Positions 35,831 through 50,700 of a stretch of DNA of 64,000 nucleotides are shown here, piece after piece. Each line of letters opens with the position of its first letter. The stretch's first letter is position 1. This stretch comes from Azolla caroliniana (Eukaryota > Plantae > Polypodiophyta): positions 14,694,001-14,758,000 of the forward strand of contig JBHGNT010000017.1 in NCBI GenBank assembly GCA_043228905.1, in the 5' to 3' direction. A program made the translations under genes and the position numbers. The notes below the pieces were generated by a model, which was not told the DNA's origin, searched no databases, and saw only the letters and a list, made by a program, of their open reading frames with translations.

Positions 35831-38800
35831 AAGCAACAAGGAGAAAAGAAAGAAAGAGACTAATTTGTCTTCTCATTGGGAAGCCGAATCTCGCATGCCT
35901 TTGCCTTTTTGTGAGAGGAGTCGTGGGCAAAAGTAGCATAATATCCCTCTCGAACATATCCCGAACATGGCAAAATGACAAAAAGCGAAAAAGGTAAAAC
36001 ATAAACTAAACAATAGAGATAGTAAAAACTTGCGATAGATCAAATCGGAGCAAGGCTCGAAATCTAAAGAATCGATAACAAGTTCCAAGCCCTTTAGCTG
36101 TATATATAACCCAATTTATCAACTTGGAATAAATATATATATATATATATATTCCAAGTTGCTAAGATTTATCAACCCGATTACTAGCACCTTGATTTGC
36201 AGTAAGTCTTGAGGTGCACTATTAGAGTTCTCCTTGTGAATATCTTCATTTCAACCGATTTCTCATCCCTCACGTACGAAAGCCGACGATTTGTTCCAAA
36301 ATTTTGATTTTGCGAGTCAAAGGATTATGTGGTACCAAAGTAAAAAGTTTGGTTGTAGAAACCTTAGCAAGAAAGACAATACTTAGACGATGATGCAATA
36401 TAGAGACAAAGATGGAAAAGAAATGAAGAATACTTTCTCGAAAGTAGACGAGGTTCCCAAATCCGTAAGATTCATAGATCTAATTTCTCTTTAAAAAGTT
36501 GGGTAGTTGATTTTGGTTGATGGAAACATGTCAACAATTTGCTTGCATCTAGTGGACAACAATGCGGCAAAAAATAACATGCATGTAGAACATGAGCAAG
36601 ACGATTAAGATCTTGGAATCGAATAAATGGTTTGACAAGGTGAGTATTGTTATGGGTGTCATTACAAAATATGCAATTTAGCAAGCAAGTGTCCTCTTAC
36701 AAAGGTTCCTTCATTGGCTTCCTTTATTGGCACCCTTTGTTTGTGACCTTCGTACATGGCCTTTGTTGCTAGGACTATTCTTCCCTATCTCACATCATTG
36801 CTAGGGTTCTTCATCACTACACTTCATTGTTAGTTCGCTCTGCACCTAGCTTGCTTTGTCTCTAAGCCTTCTTTTGTAGGCTCACTCGAGCTAGGTTTCC
36901 TCATTTTTAAGTCTTTGTAGGTGGTCTCCCAAGAAATGTGATGCCAAGAACTATTGTGGCACTCTTTGTTAAGATGTGGCTTTGTCGTTAATGCACTAGA
37001 TCCGTTGTTTGGAATAGTCAACGTAGTCACAACAACAAGAGGGTTTCAAAGTGAATGTATTAGCATTCAAGTTCCTGAAATTAACACAAGGTAAAGCAAA
37101 ATAATGCAAACAATTCTATTGATCCCAATAATCTTAGATAAGAAGGTGGTTATAGATTCCCACAATTTCAAGGTGGGTTGTGGTGAAAAAAGATCAAATT
37201 TCAATGGGATTGGAGACCAAGAGGCATGTTACCCTTGTTGATCCTTTCAATATTCTCACCATGTTGCATCATAGAAGGAGGTCATCCCAAATAATTCGTA
37301 AGCCAAGAAGAAAATGGTGAAAAGAGAAAAAACCCATCTTCCAAATAGCTCTCTTTCAGGCCTTTATAAGGGTTTGAACTCATTACACATATCATGCCCG
37401 TAATAGTTGCACGCCATCTTCACCTCATCACAACTTTCTCTACACTCATATTTATACTTCACTTCATCAACGTAATATGTTCATATGAAGTCATGTCGCC
37501 CTTTAGGTTTAATTCTTCAAGCACTAGATCCTTGAAAGATGCCCAAGTATTGTTTGATCATTGCAAGTTTATGATTCTTCATGTAATACCCACAAAACTA
37601 GTCAGTCAAAGCACTTCATTTTTCTTGTGTCCTGGGCACCTTTTTGATGCATTTCATTGTTGGATGCTTCCAAGATCCCCAAGATGTTCCAAAACTTTCT
37701 CCATTGCACTATTCTATGGGGACACGATGCATCAACCGAAGAGATAGAATCACCCATCGAAGGATAGGATTAGAACTGTCTACTTCAAGTGGGGCGTGCA
37801 AATTCTTAGATCAATGTAGAGCAAGCACAAACTATGAAACATAAGGGTAGATGATCTAAAGGATGAGCAACAACAAATCTCTAGGGATCCCAATGTCATT
37901 GAAAAACTAGGGATGGATCCCTAAATCTATGAAAAGTTATAACATCCAAGAACTTCAACTCTGGGATGTTTGCCCAAGTTGTTAAAATTTATACACCCAA
38001 CCACCAATACCTTGACTTATGGTAATTCTTGAATAACACTAACAAATTGTTCCTTATCAATGTCTTCATATACACACATTTCCCTTGCCCCAAGCGCCAA
38101 CGTTAAACATTTGTTACAAATATTGAATTTCCAAAGTCAAGTGATTAGGTTAACTTCTACCTTAAAATATTAGGAATTAAATAGTTATGAACTTGAGATG
38201 ATATTCTTTGGAAAATAAACATTTCTAAGTTGACTTATCTCCTCGACCATTACAACTTCCATGATGAATGAAAAAATACAATGTTTAAGGTAGGGTTGAG
38301 GTTGACGCATTTCCTACATTAGTTGCCCACCGATGACAAGATGGAAACTTCATTGGATTTACAAAAATAACATTCAATCAAGTTTAATTGGTGCTACCAA
38401 TTACAAGGTTTATGGTTCTTCGACAAACTCTTCACATGAGGAGTGGCTTCCTCAACCTACTCTATAATAATGTAACCATTGAATGCGATTTATTTTGTCG
38501 TAATAGTATATAATCTTATTATAAAAATAGCTTCTATTCGTGTACCTAATATTGTACTTATAATAGAATATAAAATATGAACTAGGAAACCCAATTAGTA
38601 GACCACAACTTAATGTCTACGTAGACAACATCCTTATATTCGACTACTGACATCTCTACCCAAATCATCTTGGTCCCTTTGGGGATTCTTTCCCTATTAT
38701 GATTTAAATATCTTGAAATTCTACATCATCATTTTCTTTCGTACAAGCGATGAAGTTCTTTGTTTTTTCGTTTTAGACACTTCTACAACTTTTTTACTTA

Positions 38801-41800
38801 TATCATAAATCGGTCATGCAATATACAACTTAATCCATGGGTTAGATCTTCATTTGCAATGTTAAACAACTTATTATTTTCGTTACACCATGCACATAGA
38901 TACATCAATCTAAGCATCTCCCAAGTATCGAAAGTTATATTGTTGGCTTCCCTTCGAAGGATTTCTTTCCATACAAAGGGCAATTATGCTAGAATGCATA
39001 GAGCAATATTGCATACATATATTTACATATTGAACATCTAAGCATCTTCCAAGTATGAGGAAAGATACCAATTGTGTTCCTTTGGAAGGATGTCTTTCCA
39101 AACAACGTACATGCAATGCTGGAATATACCTTGAATAAAGTTAATGGCCTTCCTTTTAGGTTATGAATAGAGGGAAAATAATTCCAATCAGCTTCCCACA
39201 TCTAAAACTTTTTTCATCTTGTTGTTCTTTGGGTAGGTAAGGATTGTTTACATTCCAACATTTCTTTGAATGAGCTATACATCTCTTTATATGAAGCAAC
39301 ATTCGTTTTCTTATCTATGGCCAACTACTTTGTTTCTTGTCTATGATTGACTATAGAGTGACAATGTATCGAATCCAGTTAAAGTGTTTTGACGTTCTCG
39401 CACATTGGAAATCATGTTACGTTTAGAGTGTGGATGTTGACACGATCATAATATTGACAAATGAAATTCTTGACTCTTGAACATGGGTTGTTGAACTTCA
39501 GTTTACAAGCATTCAATAATGACTGTTAAAGTCGTCATATAACTAATTGTTACATCAATTTTGACATCATTATACATTATGAGAAAAAATAAAGTTGTCT
39601 ACGTTGTCATTCATGATGTTAGTTAGACATATCTAGTTCAATGTGAGATATTTTTTGCATGATGCTCGATTGCATGATAATGTATATATATATTGCATTA
39701 ATTTAAATTAAATGATCTAATTATGTTGCCTTATTTTGGTTTTGCATTGTCATTATTTTATTTTATCTATTAATATTCCATGATATTAGCTTGCCTTAAT
39801 CACAATTAACATTACCGAAAATGAAATCACTTTAATTAAGCTATTTTACTTCATGTTCCCCTTTAATGAAGGCCTCAAGCTAAGGAAATTATCCCTTAGC
39901 CTTTCTTTCAATGATTAGAGCAAGGGTAATTTTGATATTCTGAAAGATGTCACACATAGCCGATATTTGTTAAGCATGCATATAGGTTGTTGTGCATTCA
40001 ATAATGCATAATTAAGTAATCATACTTAATAGTAATTGTTTTGTCAAATTTCAGAATCTTCCTCGATGAGAAAATGTGATCTCGCCTCCATTATCACAAA
40101 ATTCACATTAAGATGTAAGACTTAACAAGATATTAGGACTCATACTAGGGCCTACATTAGATATCTTAGGCTTGATGGACAATATACATGTGTACTATAA
40201 ATCAAGTATACCTAGTTTCTTTTAGTAGTTTTTTGGCGATCATGAAAATGAATGCAACAGAAACGAAAATGTTTGAAAAGATAGATAAAAAAATCATCCC
40301 TTGTTTGAGGAAAAGTTTAATGATGTTTGACATGTATATCAATGGTCATTATACCATGTGACCTTCCCAATGGAGATGTTTCTATTTTTACTTTCACGGA
40401 TATTGTTCAAACTATAGCATTAGATATCTTACACTATACATAGTTATTCTCTTATAGCCATACATTATCCTTTTGTACATACCCACATACGATCCTACAT
40501 ATGCATGCCCATAAACATTATATGTATATGTTTGTATCACACATATATCCATTTGTGTGGGTATATTATTTACGTTTTATGTTCAAGTCTCAAAATAAAT
40601 ATTAACTATTGCGTTAAATGAGCAATGAACTGATGTTAATGCAAAAAGTTGAATGGCTTGTACGAATCAAAATAAACATGGCAATTAATGACCCCAATGC
40701 AATTCTAAAATCGTGTTAGATATTATCAAAGTCTTTTATAGTTGTATTCGAGTTCAAAATTTTAGTCCATTTGTAATGATATTGCTCTATTGTATAAAGG
40801 TAGATCCATGCAGTCCACGCATTATCGTGTGCAAGACATGCGAGCAATCATACAAACAAGCTTCATTACACATAATATACAAAGAATAAAAAGTAAAATA
40901 CTATGTCACATTGTCAATTGATTTCAAACAATACGACCTTTCTTGTATGCTTACACCGTACATGCAGAAAAAACAAGTTGTACATGCTTTTCTATGAAGA
41001 ATTAAAAGTATAGACGTACACATTAAAAAAAATCTTGCAAAAGTGATTAGGACAAAGGCAATGAAATCAATGTCACGTTCAACATTGTGGCAAATATTGT
41101 TCAATTTATTAACATGATTGCAACAGAAACACTAAAAGCGATGTAAACATGAATGGTATTAGTAATGGATTGAATAATGACATTTCATGCATTGTTTATG
41201 AACAAAACATGCTAGCAGACATCACTACTCATGGTTTACAGAAGTTAGGGATTAAAAACATCATAATAATATTTGAATGTTAGTGAAAATACATGTATTG
41301 GAAAAAAGTAAAAAATGCATGATGAAGTTGTTAAGAATATTTGGAAGTGTCCATCTACATGTATCATTTAAATAATTTTAGACATAATATAAACCATCGT
41401 TGGAAACAAAAAGAAAAAGTTAGCAAAAATTACAAACTTTGTGGATAAGTTCATATTTAGACAATCTCTAGAAGATATGGCGACTCTTAAGCCACGTGAG
41501 AATTGAAGTCTATACTAAATATAATGACAAGTCCCAACTTACATGTCGAGGTTGCATCGTAAATCCTATACCTCGTATATATACATATTGACAATGTGGC
41601 AACATATTAGGCTAGAATTGTATGATTCCACAACTTTAGCTCAATAGTGCATGGTAGGACCATTCTACCCTTTAGAATGCTTATTCATTCTAAAAATGCT
41701 TTGTACAATACTCCCTCACATTGTCCATGTGTTATCTTCCTTTGACGAATCTCGTCATTGAGTCAATTGAACCATTCTATTCCACAATATGTATACTTCT

Positions 41801-44044
41801 CTTCTCTTGCTCACCACTAAGTCAATATTGGTTGGCTCCGTGACACTTGTTGTGATAGGAAGAATGTCCACAAAATATGTTTGTCAACAACATTTTCAAT
41901 GCCTAAACTAGTTTTTCGACCGGATTATATAGCACACTAAAATGAAAAAGTGCTTTAGTTGGTAAATCACTTCCCCAACTAGCCCCCCAAAAGAGATGCG
42001 TCATTTGGAGCATATAAACCCAACATGAAATACAAGAGAATTATATATTTGGAAACAATCATAGTTGAATCATATGTGTTGAGAAAACAAAATTGAACCA
42101 AAGTGTGAAAACACTAATTCTAAATCTGATTTTAGTGGTTTAAAGGATGATGGCTAGGAAACTAGTTATCTTGGGACTTGGGACTAACCCATAAGGACTA
42201 ATGATGGGAGCATATGGTCGTTGGGCGATATAAAGGTACTAGATACCCCCTTTATTATGACATCTTGAAACATTGTTGAGACTATTGGTGAGGCAAAGAT
42301 CTCTTCTTCCATATCCATTCATATCAACATCCAAGGCATAACATAATGTAATATTCGGTGGTATCGAGGACATCAATGGTATTTCATGTTCGTTTCTTGT
42401 CCTTTGCTAGGAGGTGATTGGTGTGGTTTAGCATCTTAAACCATTCTTTTCTTAAGCCTAAATATTCAGTGCTTATCATTACTATTCAATTCGTAATGCT
42501 ATGGCACATTATTCATAGTGAGATGCGCAACAAAAGTACAATGTCTTAATAGTTATGAATAAATTGTTAATAGAATTGGCAACAAAAACATTGAACAATG
42601 TGTTTTCAAACATAAAACAATATTGATTTAAGTGATAAGGAACTGCAACTTTAATGCACCCTTTATGACAATATGTTCCAATCACTCTTATCTTCTATTG
42701 GTTGTCAGTTGAGCATTGTTATATAAGTAGGAAATTTTGCCATCTAGAATTGCAAAGAGGATTAAATTTAGTTATATATAAACGAAAAAAGGTCAGAGTC
42801 AGCTTCATAAAGTTGTGAATATATTAGTAGGATATCAAGTGACAAGTAGTAAAGGGTCAAATAGACTTGAATGAAGTAAGGCTTTGACATGGTAGGCGAT
42901 GCAACCACAATCTCACTCCATCACCCACCCCCATATAAGTGAAGGAAATCATTCAGTTGTGGTAACGAGAGTGTGATTGCTTAGCACAACAAATGCTCGA
43001 AATTAGAGAGGTAGTTACCTTGCATTGTAACTTTGCATATACCATAATCCTCAATGTAAAATGTTAATTAAGTAGTAATCATTAAGAGATTGATTTATTA
43101 TTAAGTATTAAGTGATTAATTTGAAATGTTAATTAGATTATTCTCACTCCGAAACACATATCTAAAGTTTGAACAGGCTATACATACGAGAAGCTAATTT
43201 AACAAATGTTTGTTATTTACCTATGGGCTTAAAAGTCTTAGCCAATAGACCAAAACATTCCCAACGCTTGAGCTGCCACAATCAACCTATTGCAGTTGAG
43301 TAACAGGGTGACCTTTTGCCCCTAACATTTACCATAATACGTAGTCTAGACTAGCCAACCACCTAGACAACACACTATATGACTACAAACAATAGTTAAT
43401 AATTACAATGGACTACTCCCTTTATTATAGTCAATAAAGTCAAAATAGAATGTCATTCGAAGATGGAAATTCCACCTCTTAATACTCCCATTCAATGCCC
43501 TAGACTTTTCTCCAAGCATTATACCAAAGTCAATGGCTTGCCCAACTCCCACAAGTCCTATGTAACCACTAAAGACTTTTAGCCAATCTTGTTGAACACC
43601 TTGAAGAACAACATTTGCTCCTCAACCTTCAATCCCATGTTTCAACTCTATTATAAGCATAATCTTAAGGATCAATAATAAAATTATTGTTAATGGTTTA
43701 AGGGTAGGATAGTTGGGAAATCAATTACCCTAGGACTTGGCACAAACCCATATGAACTTATGACATGTTGGAGTGGGATCACTTGTAATCTCGGATCGTA
43801 TGATGTTGGGCTAAATAAAGGAGACTAACTAACCCCTTTATGAAAACATCTTGAGTTTTTGTCGAGACTCTTTTGATTAGGCAATTATCTCAAATATATT
43901 CATATCAACATTTAAGGTTGAACATTAGGACCTCCACTCCCCTTTGCATTGACATCCAAGATATAATAAATGGTACCATTCGATTAACATTCAAGGAACA
44001 TACATACCTCCAAATATCCTCACATAGTTATGCACATAAACAGT

Positions 44045-44075
<31 letters not shown>

Positions 44076-45265
44076 CTATACACACCTGCACAGAGGCACG
44101 TACAAACATACACACATGTGCATGTTCACCCTTGGATCCACACATAGAAATATACACACATAAACAACCAATACACACTTATCCACATGAAATACACTCT
44201 CTTGAATTGGAATTGGAGTAGTTGGTCAATGAAAGAGACAACATGGTTGGCCTTGAGAAGATCATGGAAATTATCTTGGAAATGTTTTATCATTTCAAAG
44301 GAAGGAATGTCTTGCATTTCCTTGAAATATATGAGAGAGAAATGTAATTGAGAGGAAGCTCAATAACTTTGTGAGGATGGTAATTAGTGTGCGACAAGGT
44401 CATATCACAAAGCTTCAAGCAGCCAAACTAAGTTTGGAATCCTTAGAAGTTGCATTGCTTGAGGATTTTGGCCTTGAAGAATCTATTGCACAACAAAACA
44501 AGAGCTCACGGATTTGGTAAAGTCCTTGGTAGATGGGGTGAATGCAAAAAACACTATTCAAATGTTTGAATACAATTTGGGAATCTTTCAAAGCTGGATA
44601 GAGCAACACTAGACCCTAGTGAGCTCTCTTTTTTCCTCAAAGCAAGTGGATGCAAAAGATAGACATGACTCATGGACCTTTCTAGAGGGTCATGATGGTC
44701 TAGAAAGAAATTAGGCCATTATAAAGAGGATGTGTGGTCATTTTGACAAGTGATGTCAATAAGAAAATAAAATTTTGTCTTGACTATTTCAGGAAGCCTC
44801 GAAAAAGGGAAGCTTTGGAAGAATGAAGCTATAGTGGGTAAACAAAGGGAATAAGGGTTTTGTGGAAACCTCCTACTAGAAACATGAGGTTCTTGTTGGA
44901 TGGAAAAACAATTTGCCTATCCAAGAAGTATGACAAGAGGGAACCTAAAAGAAGTGAAGAAAAAATAATTTATGTTGCATATGCTAGACTCAATTTGTTG
45001 TTATTTGTACAGGAACTTGGTGGTAATTGGCGAGATGGTTGATGCGGACTAAATGAAGCAAATATTTTGCGTGATAAGGATGATATGGACTGAATGAAGA
45101 AATGTTTTTGTTGATAAGGATGAGTGAAGATGGTGACACCAACCATTGGAATTCATTGGCAAAGTTTCGATCAGATTGTAGGGATTTCTAAAGGTGGCTG
45201 ATTTTGTATGCATGTTAGAAAGATGTAACCTATTTTTGTGAACCTTGTAAGCAGGGTTGACACGT

Positions 45266-46514
45266 TGTCGTGAAGATTTCCGGCAATGGTGAGAAAATCG
45301 GGTACGACGAATAAAACGGGGATGTGCAACGACTTGCACATGCACATGCGAAAATGTGTATAGTAATAAGAAAAGAGGGAAAATAAATTGGAAGTGGCAC
45401 CACTCCCCTGGTGCTATAAAAGGGGAGGGGTGCTCACAAGAAAGGGGTCACCCATTTTGAGTTAGGAGGGTGTACCGTTAGATTTAGGGTTTGGTAGTTT
45501 TCTATTCTTCTTCTTCATTTCTGTAGGGTTTCTACTTTGGTCTTCTTCACCCTATTTCGTTTTAGGGTTCTTCTTCGTCTTGTGGTCTTCTTCACCCTAT
45601 TCCTTCTTCTTGAGTGGAGGTTTAGTGTTCCGTTTTGGTTCTTCATCTTGTGAAGATTTGCAGGAGATTTAGGAATTTAGTTTTCTTTGTGTGATCTAGG
45701 TTTCATGAGTTTGGGGTTTTCGGTCTCATCTTTTCTTGGTTGAGTTAGGGTTTTTGTTTGGGGCTCATACAATGGCGGCCCTTCGGCATCCTGGTGGCGG
45801 CATTTGGTGGTTCGACTTCTTCTCCTCGACGGAGAGCATTTCACGTGGTGGCCGGTTCAAGAAGGGAGGGCGAAGTGGCACAGGAACACTCCACCATCTT
45901 CGGGGCGTGACTAACGGTGGACGTTGCGGTCCCGGTGGCCCACTTGACTCGCCTTCGCCGGTTCTCATTTGTTAACTTGTATTTAGCCTATTGTTTTGTA
46001 ATAGCCACCAGATTCGTGGCATGTAAGCCACCTTGTTGTAAAGCATTTGTAATATATACATGCTTGTGTATATCTCTCTTCAATTTGAATCTATTTGAGT
46101 TGAGTCCTTAATCGTGGCTAATCGTCTTGTTGAAACCAGAATCTTCGTCTGTCGGAAACCGATTCGGTCGTAGCCGATTCGGTAGAGAATCGAAGCAGCC
46201 GGAAGCCCGTAGAGCACGAGACCTTTTCCCCCTTTCACTCCCTAGTCCGAGACCCCCGTGGTTCCGCCCAATCCGACACACGTGTATATCTCTCTTCAAT
46301 TTGAATCTATTTGAGTTGAGTCCTTAATCGTGGCTAATCGTCTTGTTGAAACCAGAATCTTCGTCTGTCGGAAACCGATTCGGTCGTAGCCGATTCGGTA
46401 GAGAATCGAAGCAGACGGAAGCCCGTAGAGCACGAGACCTTTTCCCCCTTTCACTCCCTAGTCCGAGACCCCCGTGGTTCCGCCCAATCCGACACAAACA
46501 CGCGGATTTCGAGA
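45266..46514 (+). mobile_element. TGTCGTG element with ACGT TSD, copy 2
   Basis: ACGT at 45262-45265 and 46515-46518. Start TGTCGTGAAGATTT; subterminal GTGGTTCCGCC..ATCCG motif; right terminus degenerate. Internal 216-bp tandem duplication at ~46067-46497; TATAAAAGGGG at ~45415. Confidence 0.7.
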
Positions 46515-47016
46515 ACGTGCTTTGGAGAAGCTGACTAATCAAAATGAGCAGTCATTCAATGTCCTTAGTTGGGGTTATGTGAGATGGACAATGCCATATG
46601 ATGCTATCAAACTGCATAAAAAATAGACAAAGTGTTGAGTAATATATGGTACAACACATATTTTTGTGGCCCTTGCTTGTTTGCAACTTAAGGGAGTGTC
46701 TCTGGATCCGATAATAGTATCTTTGGACTTCAAGCTTGTAGTGACATAGACTCCATTGATAAAGGCCAAAATCCATATTCAGCTTGGAAAAAGAAGGGTT
46801 TTCAAAACTAGTGTTGGTGGTGGTAATTCCTTGCTTGATATGGATGCTAAATGTGATTGGATTGTTGAAGCTACACGAGTGTTCAAGAGATTTCTAGTTA
46901 AATATGTCGCAATATTCATTGTAATAGTGGATTGTTTTGTATATTGCCTTTGGCCACTTAATTTTAATGCCAATGGAGGATATTTTTTTAGAAAAAAATA
47001 TGTTGCATATGGTAAA

Positions 47017-48922
47017 GGGAAAAGTACCAGGATACCCCTGGAAGTTTGTCTATTTACCAGAATGCCCCTGAAAGTTCCAAATTTACCAAACTACCCCTAT
47101 GTCCAAAAAAATACACTCTATAAAATAAATATACACTTAAATCTACAAGCCCTATTTACCAAAATACCCTTAAACCTAAACTTATTTACCATAATGCCAC
47201 TATATACCTATTTTGACCAATTTATACCACTTTTATTTTTCAAAATACATCATAAATCATATACCCCTCGAACCCTCCACATCCCCATCTGTTCACCATA
47301 TCCATCGTCTTGATCATCATCTTCACCATACTCATCTTCCTCTTCGACATCTACCTCATTCTCTAAAAAAATGCACAGGAATAATATGCACATACTACTA
47401 ATATCGGATTAATTTCTTCCATGTTTTTTGTCACATGAACACATAGTGTTAGCATAAGCTACTACTAATCTCGTAGAGCTCTCTCCCTTTCTTCTATAGT
47501 TAATCATTTCCTTAGAAAAATTTACTTCATTTCATTTGCACACACAACATCAAGAAGGAGTCAAAGCACAAAAATTTCCTACAATAACTCAAATGTTTAT
47601 TTTCATTTTCTTTTGTCAAACAACAATCATGAAGAGTGAAACAACAAAGATTTTGCATTTATGTCTAATTTTAGACGAATTTCTTCCTTTTTCCCATACA
47701 ATAACATTCCACATGAAAGAACAATAGTTTCCACATAGTTACTACTATATTTCTCTCGTATAAGAACAACGACTACTAGCATCAGACATACATAAGGATA
47801 AGTAGCAAAAGCACAAAGAACATTGTACAATAGCTACTAATCTGAGATGAATTTATTCTCATTTTCTCTCTTACAAAACAAAACCCAAAAAAAGTTTGCA
47901 AAACTTTGTTTCATTCAAGTGGGGAAAGCTGAATTTTCGTACATTTTGAGAGAGCATCTTCAACACTTGGAAACAGAGAACAGAAAAATAGAAATAGTGT
48001 AGCTTCAATTTGTCAGGAGTACAACTCATTCCATAAAATTGAGCTAGTTGTGTATGGTACATGGAGATTAATTAGAAGAAAGACAACACATCATGTATTC
48101 ATACAACTAAATGATGGATTATCAACTCACGAAACCCTGCCTAATTAGGTTAATTAACTGAGACCTGCAAGCTTCAGAGTAATCACTTTCTAGTGTTGGA
48201 TCTACTGAAGAATCTGGTTCCAAATCCAGGATTACACTCTGTTGTGTGATAGCTAGCTATGGATGATCTTTGTAAGTTATTAGGGTTAGGTTTAGAATTA
48301 GTTTTGGGGTTAGGGTTGAGGTCAGCATTAATCATTCAAAGTTGCAGACTCGAGCTCCCTTGATCATGATTATGAGAATGGGTATAATTAGTCGAATTTA
48401 CTTGATTGATGTTGTGATAAGTAATACGGTCATGAACAGTTGAATTAGATCTCATATTATTACTATTATTCATCTGATGATAGTCAAACATTAATGGTGG
48501 TGCAATATGTTCAATTAATTGGTGATCTTCGTGCATGAGGAGATCGTCAGCAACAGAGTATTGATCCTTACCACAATTTTCTTCTTCTCCGATGCAACAA
48601 TATCCTACATCGCCATGGATAGGAAGCTTCGAGAAGGTGTCGCTAGAGATGTCTAGGTCCGCAGAGAGGTGTTGCCGTGTGAAGAGATGATAAATTGGGG
48701 GAGGAAATTCCTGATGATGATGGTGGTGGTGGTGGTGACGAGGCAGATGTCGAAGAGGAATATGAGTTTGGTGAAGATGATGATCAAGACGATGGATATG
48801 GCGAACAGATGGGGATTTGGAGGGTTCGAGGGGGATATGATTTATGATGTATTTTGAGAAATAAAAGTGGTATAAATTGGTCAAAATAGGTATATAGTGG
48901 CATTATGGTAAATAAGTTTAGG
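47017..48922. mobile_element. Non-autonomous MULE-like element with long TIRs (Pack-MULE candidate)
   Basis: Left end GGGAAAAGTACCAGGATACCCCTG is MULE-like. ~185-bp inverted repeat between 47175-47358 and 48739-48922; the outer part of the right TIR is missing. Confidence 0.65.
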
Positions 48923-48929
48923 GATGAGA

Positions 48930-48993
48930 TGTCACACTCCAAAGAAGGGGGTTAAACATGAGGAGAGAGAGGAAGGGAAAGAGAGAGAGAGAG

Positions 48994-49026
<33 letters not shown>

Positions 49027-49466
49027 CACAATGAGAGGGAAAATGAAAATGAGAGGGAGGCACAAGTTGAGGGGTAACTTTTCCTTGTTTTTCTTCTTCC
49101 ATTTCATGCCCCATGGGTGGGGTTTATATAGTACAAAATATGACTGTTACATAAGATGATCGTTACAAAAAAGACCGTTGCATACTTGTACACATGCACA
49201 CAAATGTGCATGTGTACATACACACTCATCCTCACACTCACACATTACACATTTCATGTTACACATTACACACCCTATTCATTACACCCTTAACCCTCCC
49301 GTACACATATACGGATAACATGATCATTGATCTTATAAAACATTGTACTGAAGAAGAGGGGATGCATACGATGAATGTACATCCAAATGTTATCTCAATG
49401 GAAGAGTTTGATGCTAACAAGGAGTATGTTGAGAGTGATTACACTAGATCACACTAGGTTGTGACA
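48930..49466. mobile_element. Solo-LTR-like segment (TGTCAC...GTGACA)
   Basis: Inverted termini and a TATA-like motif on the minus strand; no clear TSD. Confidence 0.4.
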
Positions 49467-50199
49467 TTCCAAACTTCAATTTGAAAACAATGATATCAAA
49501 AAGCTTATGGAAGTACTTATTAACCATGGCTCGGAATCGACCTCATGGCCATTGGGTGGTACCACAAAGAGTGGTGCTTGATCAATAGAAATCATGGGTA
49601 AAAGATTCAAGTAGTCACTAGTGAATTTAAACAACTAAATGAGGCATGCCCAACATGATGGTGAAGATTGAAAATACATGAGAATGGACCAATGTTTTTT
49701 TGTCTAGGAATTGGCTTCCAATTTGGTTATTCTTGGAGAACGCTACACAATGATGGCCAAAAGGAGATAAAATCATTATACGACGGTTTGGCCTACTTAC
49801 AAGTCAAGAGTCAAAATGGGAAGAGGTTGGTTCAATGCTTAACCATTTGACTTAGAGAAAAGCTCAAGGGAAAAATTAGGGAGCTTTTTTGCAACATGTT
49901 GTTGAGCTTTGGAAACAATATTAAGGCTATGGCGTGTTAAGTTCTATCTTTTTCAAAAATCCTAATCCTCCCATTAATGATAATAAAAAACATTTGTTTT
50001 CCCCAAGTGGTACTTTTTTGTTGAGAGGAAGGAGGGAAGAAAGCATTGGCTATGATACATAGAGATAAACCTAAGAAACATAAAACACTTGAAGAAGATG
50101 ATGAGATGTTTGGGGCTATAGAAGAAGTGTCACTCAGTAACATGATTGGAGAAATAAGGTTTGTCATCAAGGTGAGTTGTCCTAGAATTGCTATAAATA

Positions 50200-50700
50200 T
50201 GTAGCCGGCCACAACCGGTCAACACGTATAAAATGAGAGACACAAGAACCAAGAGACAATAGACAAGAACAAAGCACAACACAAGATCTTTTAATGTGGA
50301 AACCCTGAACGAGGAAAACCCATGGGAGTCCACAAAACTCCAAAACGAATCACTATGGCAGGAGAAAAATATTCACAAGAGACACTAATGCAACAACCTT
50401 AGGCTCCTCTTCATTTGGCGACGGTTAGAGATTTACAACTCTCTCTCTCTCTCTCTCCTACTCTCACTTAGTTACACCCACAAATGCACTAGTTACAATG
50501 ATTATATCTATAATAATGATTTGCATTAGGTGTATTTATACTCATACACAATATGGGCTATTTACAAATATAGCCCCGAGTCGGCTTCGACCGATTCGGC
50601 TAATAGCCGAATCGATCATTTTCCGGCCTCGACCGATTAAGCTTACTCTTCTGTCCGACTCGTGCTCTCCTTTCCATCCAGAGGAAGCTATTTCCTAACA
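50200..50700 (-). mobile_element. Solo LTR related to the copia LTRs at 52917 and 57780
   Basis: TG...CA ends. Shares GGCCACAACCG, GTGGAAA(A)CCC, TCACTATG and GGCTATTTACAAATATAGCC with those LTRs. Confidence 0.65.

Noticed and set aside
35402-36002. 146-196 aa ORFs rich in S/L/H/T
   Set aside because: Translations of (GA)n/(GT)n microsatellite.
36300-45200. AT-rich region with scattered short ORFs and two diverged ~250-bp repeats (~42170-42400, ~43730-43990)
   Set aside because: Appears to be old, decayed TE sequence; I could not define boundaries or a protein family.
46756-47313. 185-aa ORF
   Set aside because: Crosses the MULE TIR boundary and has no recognisable motif.
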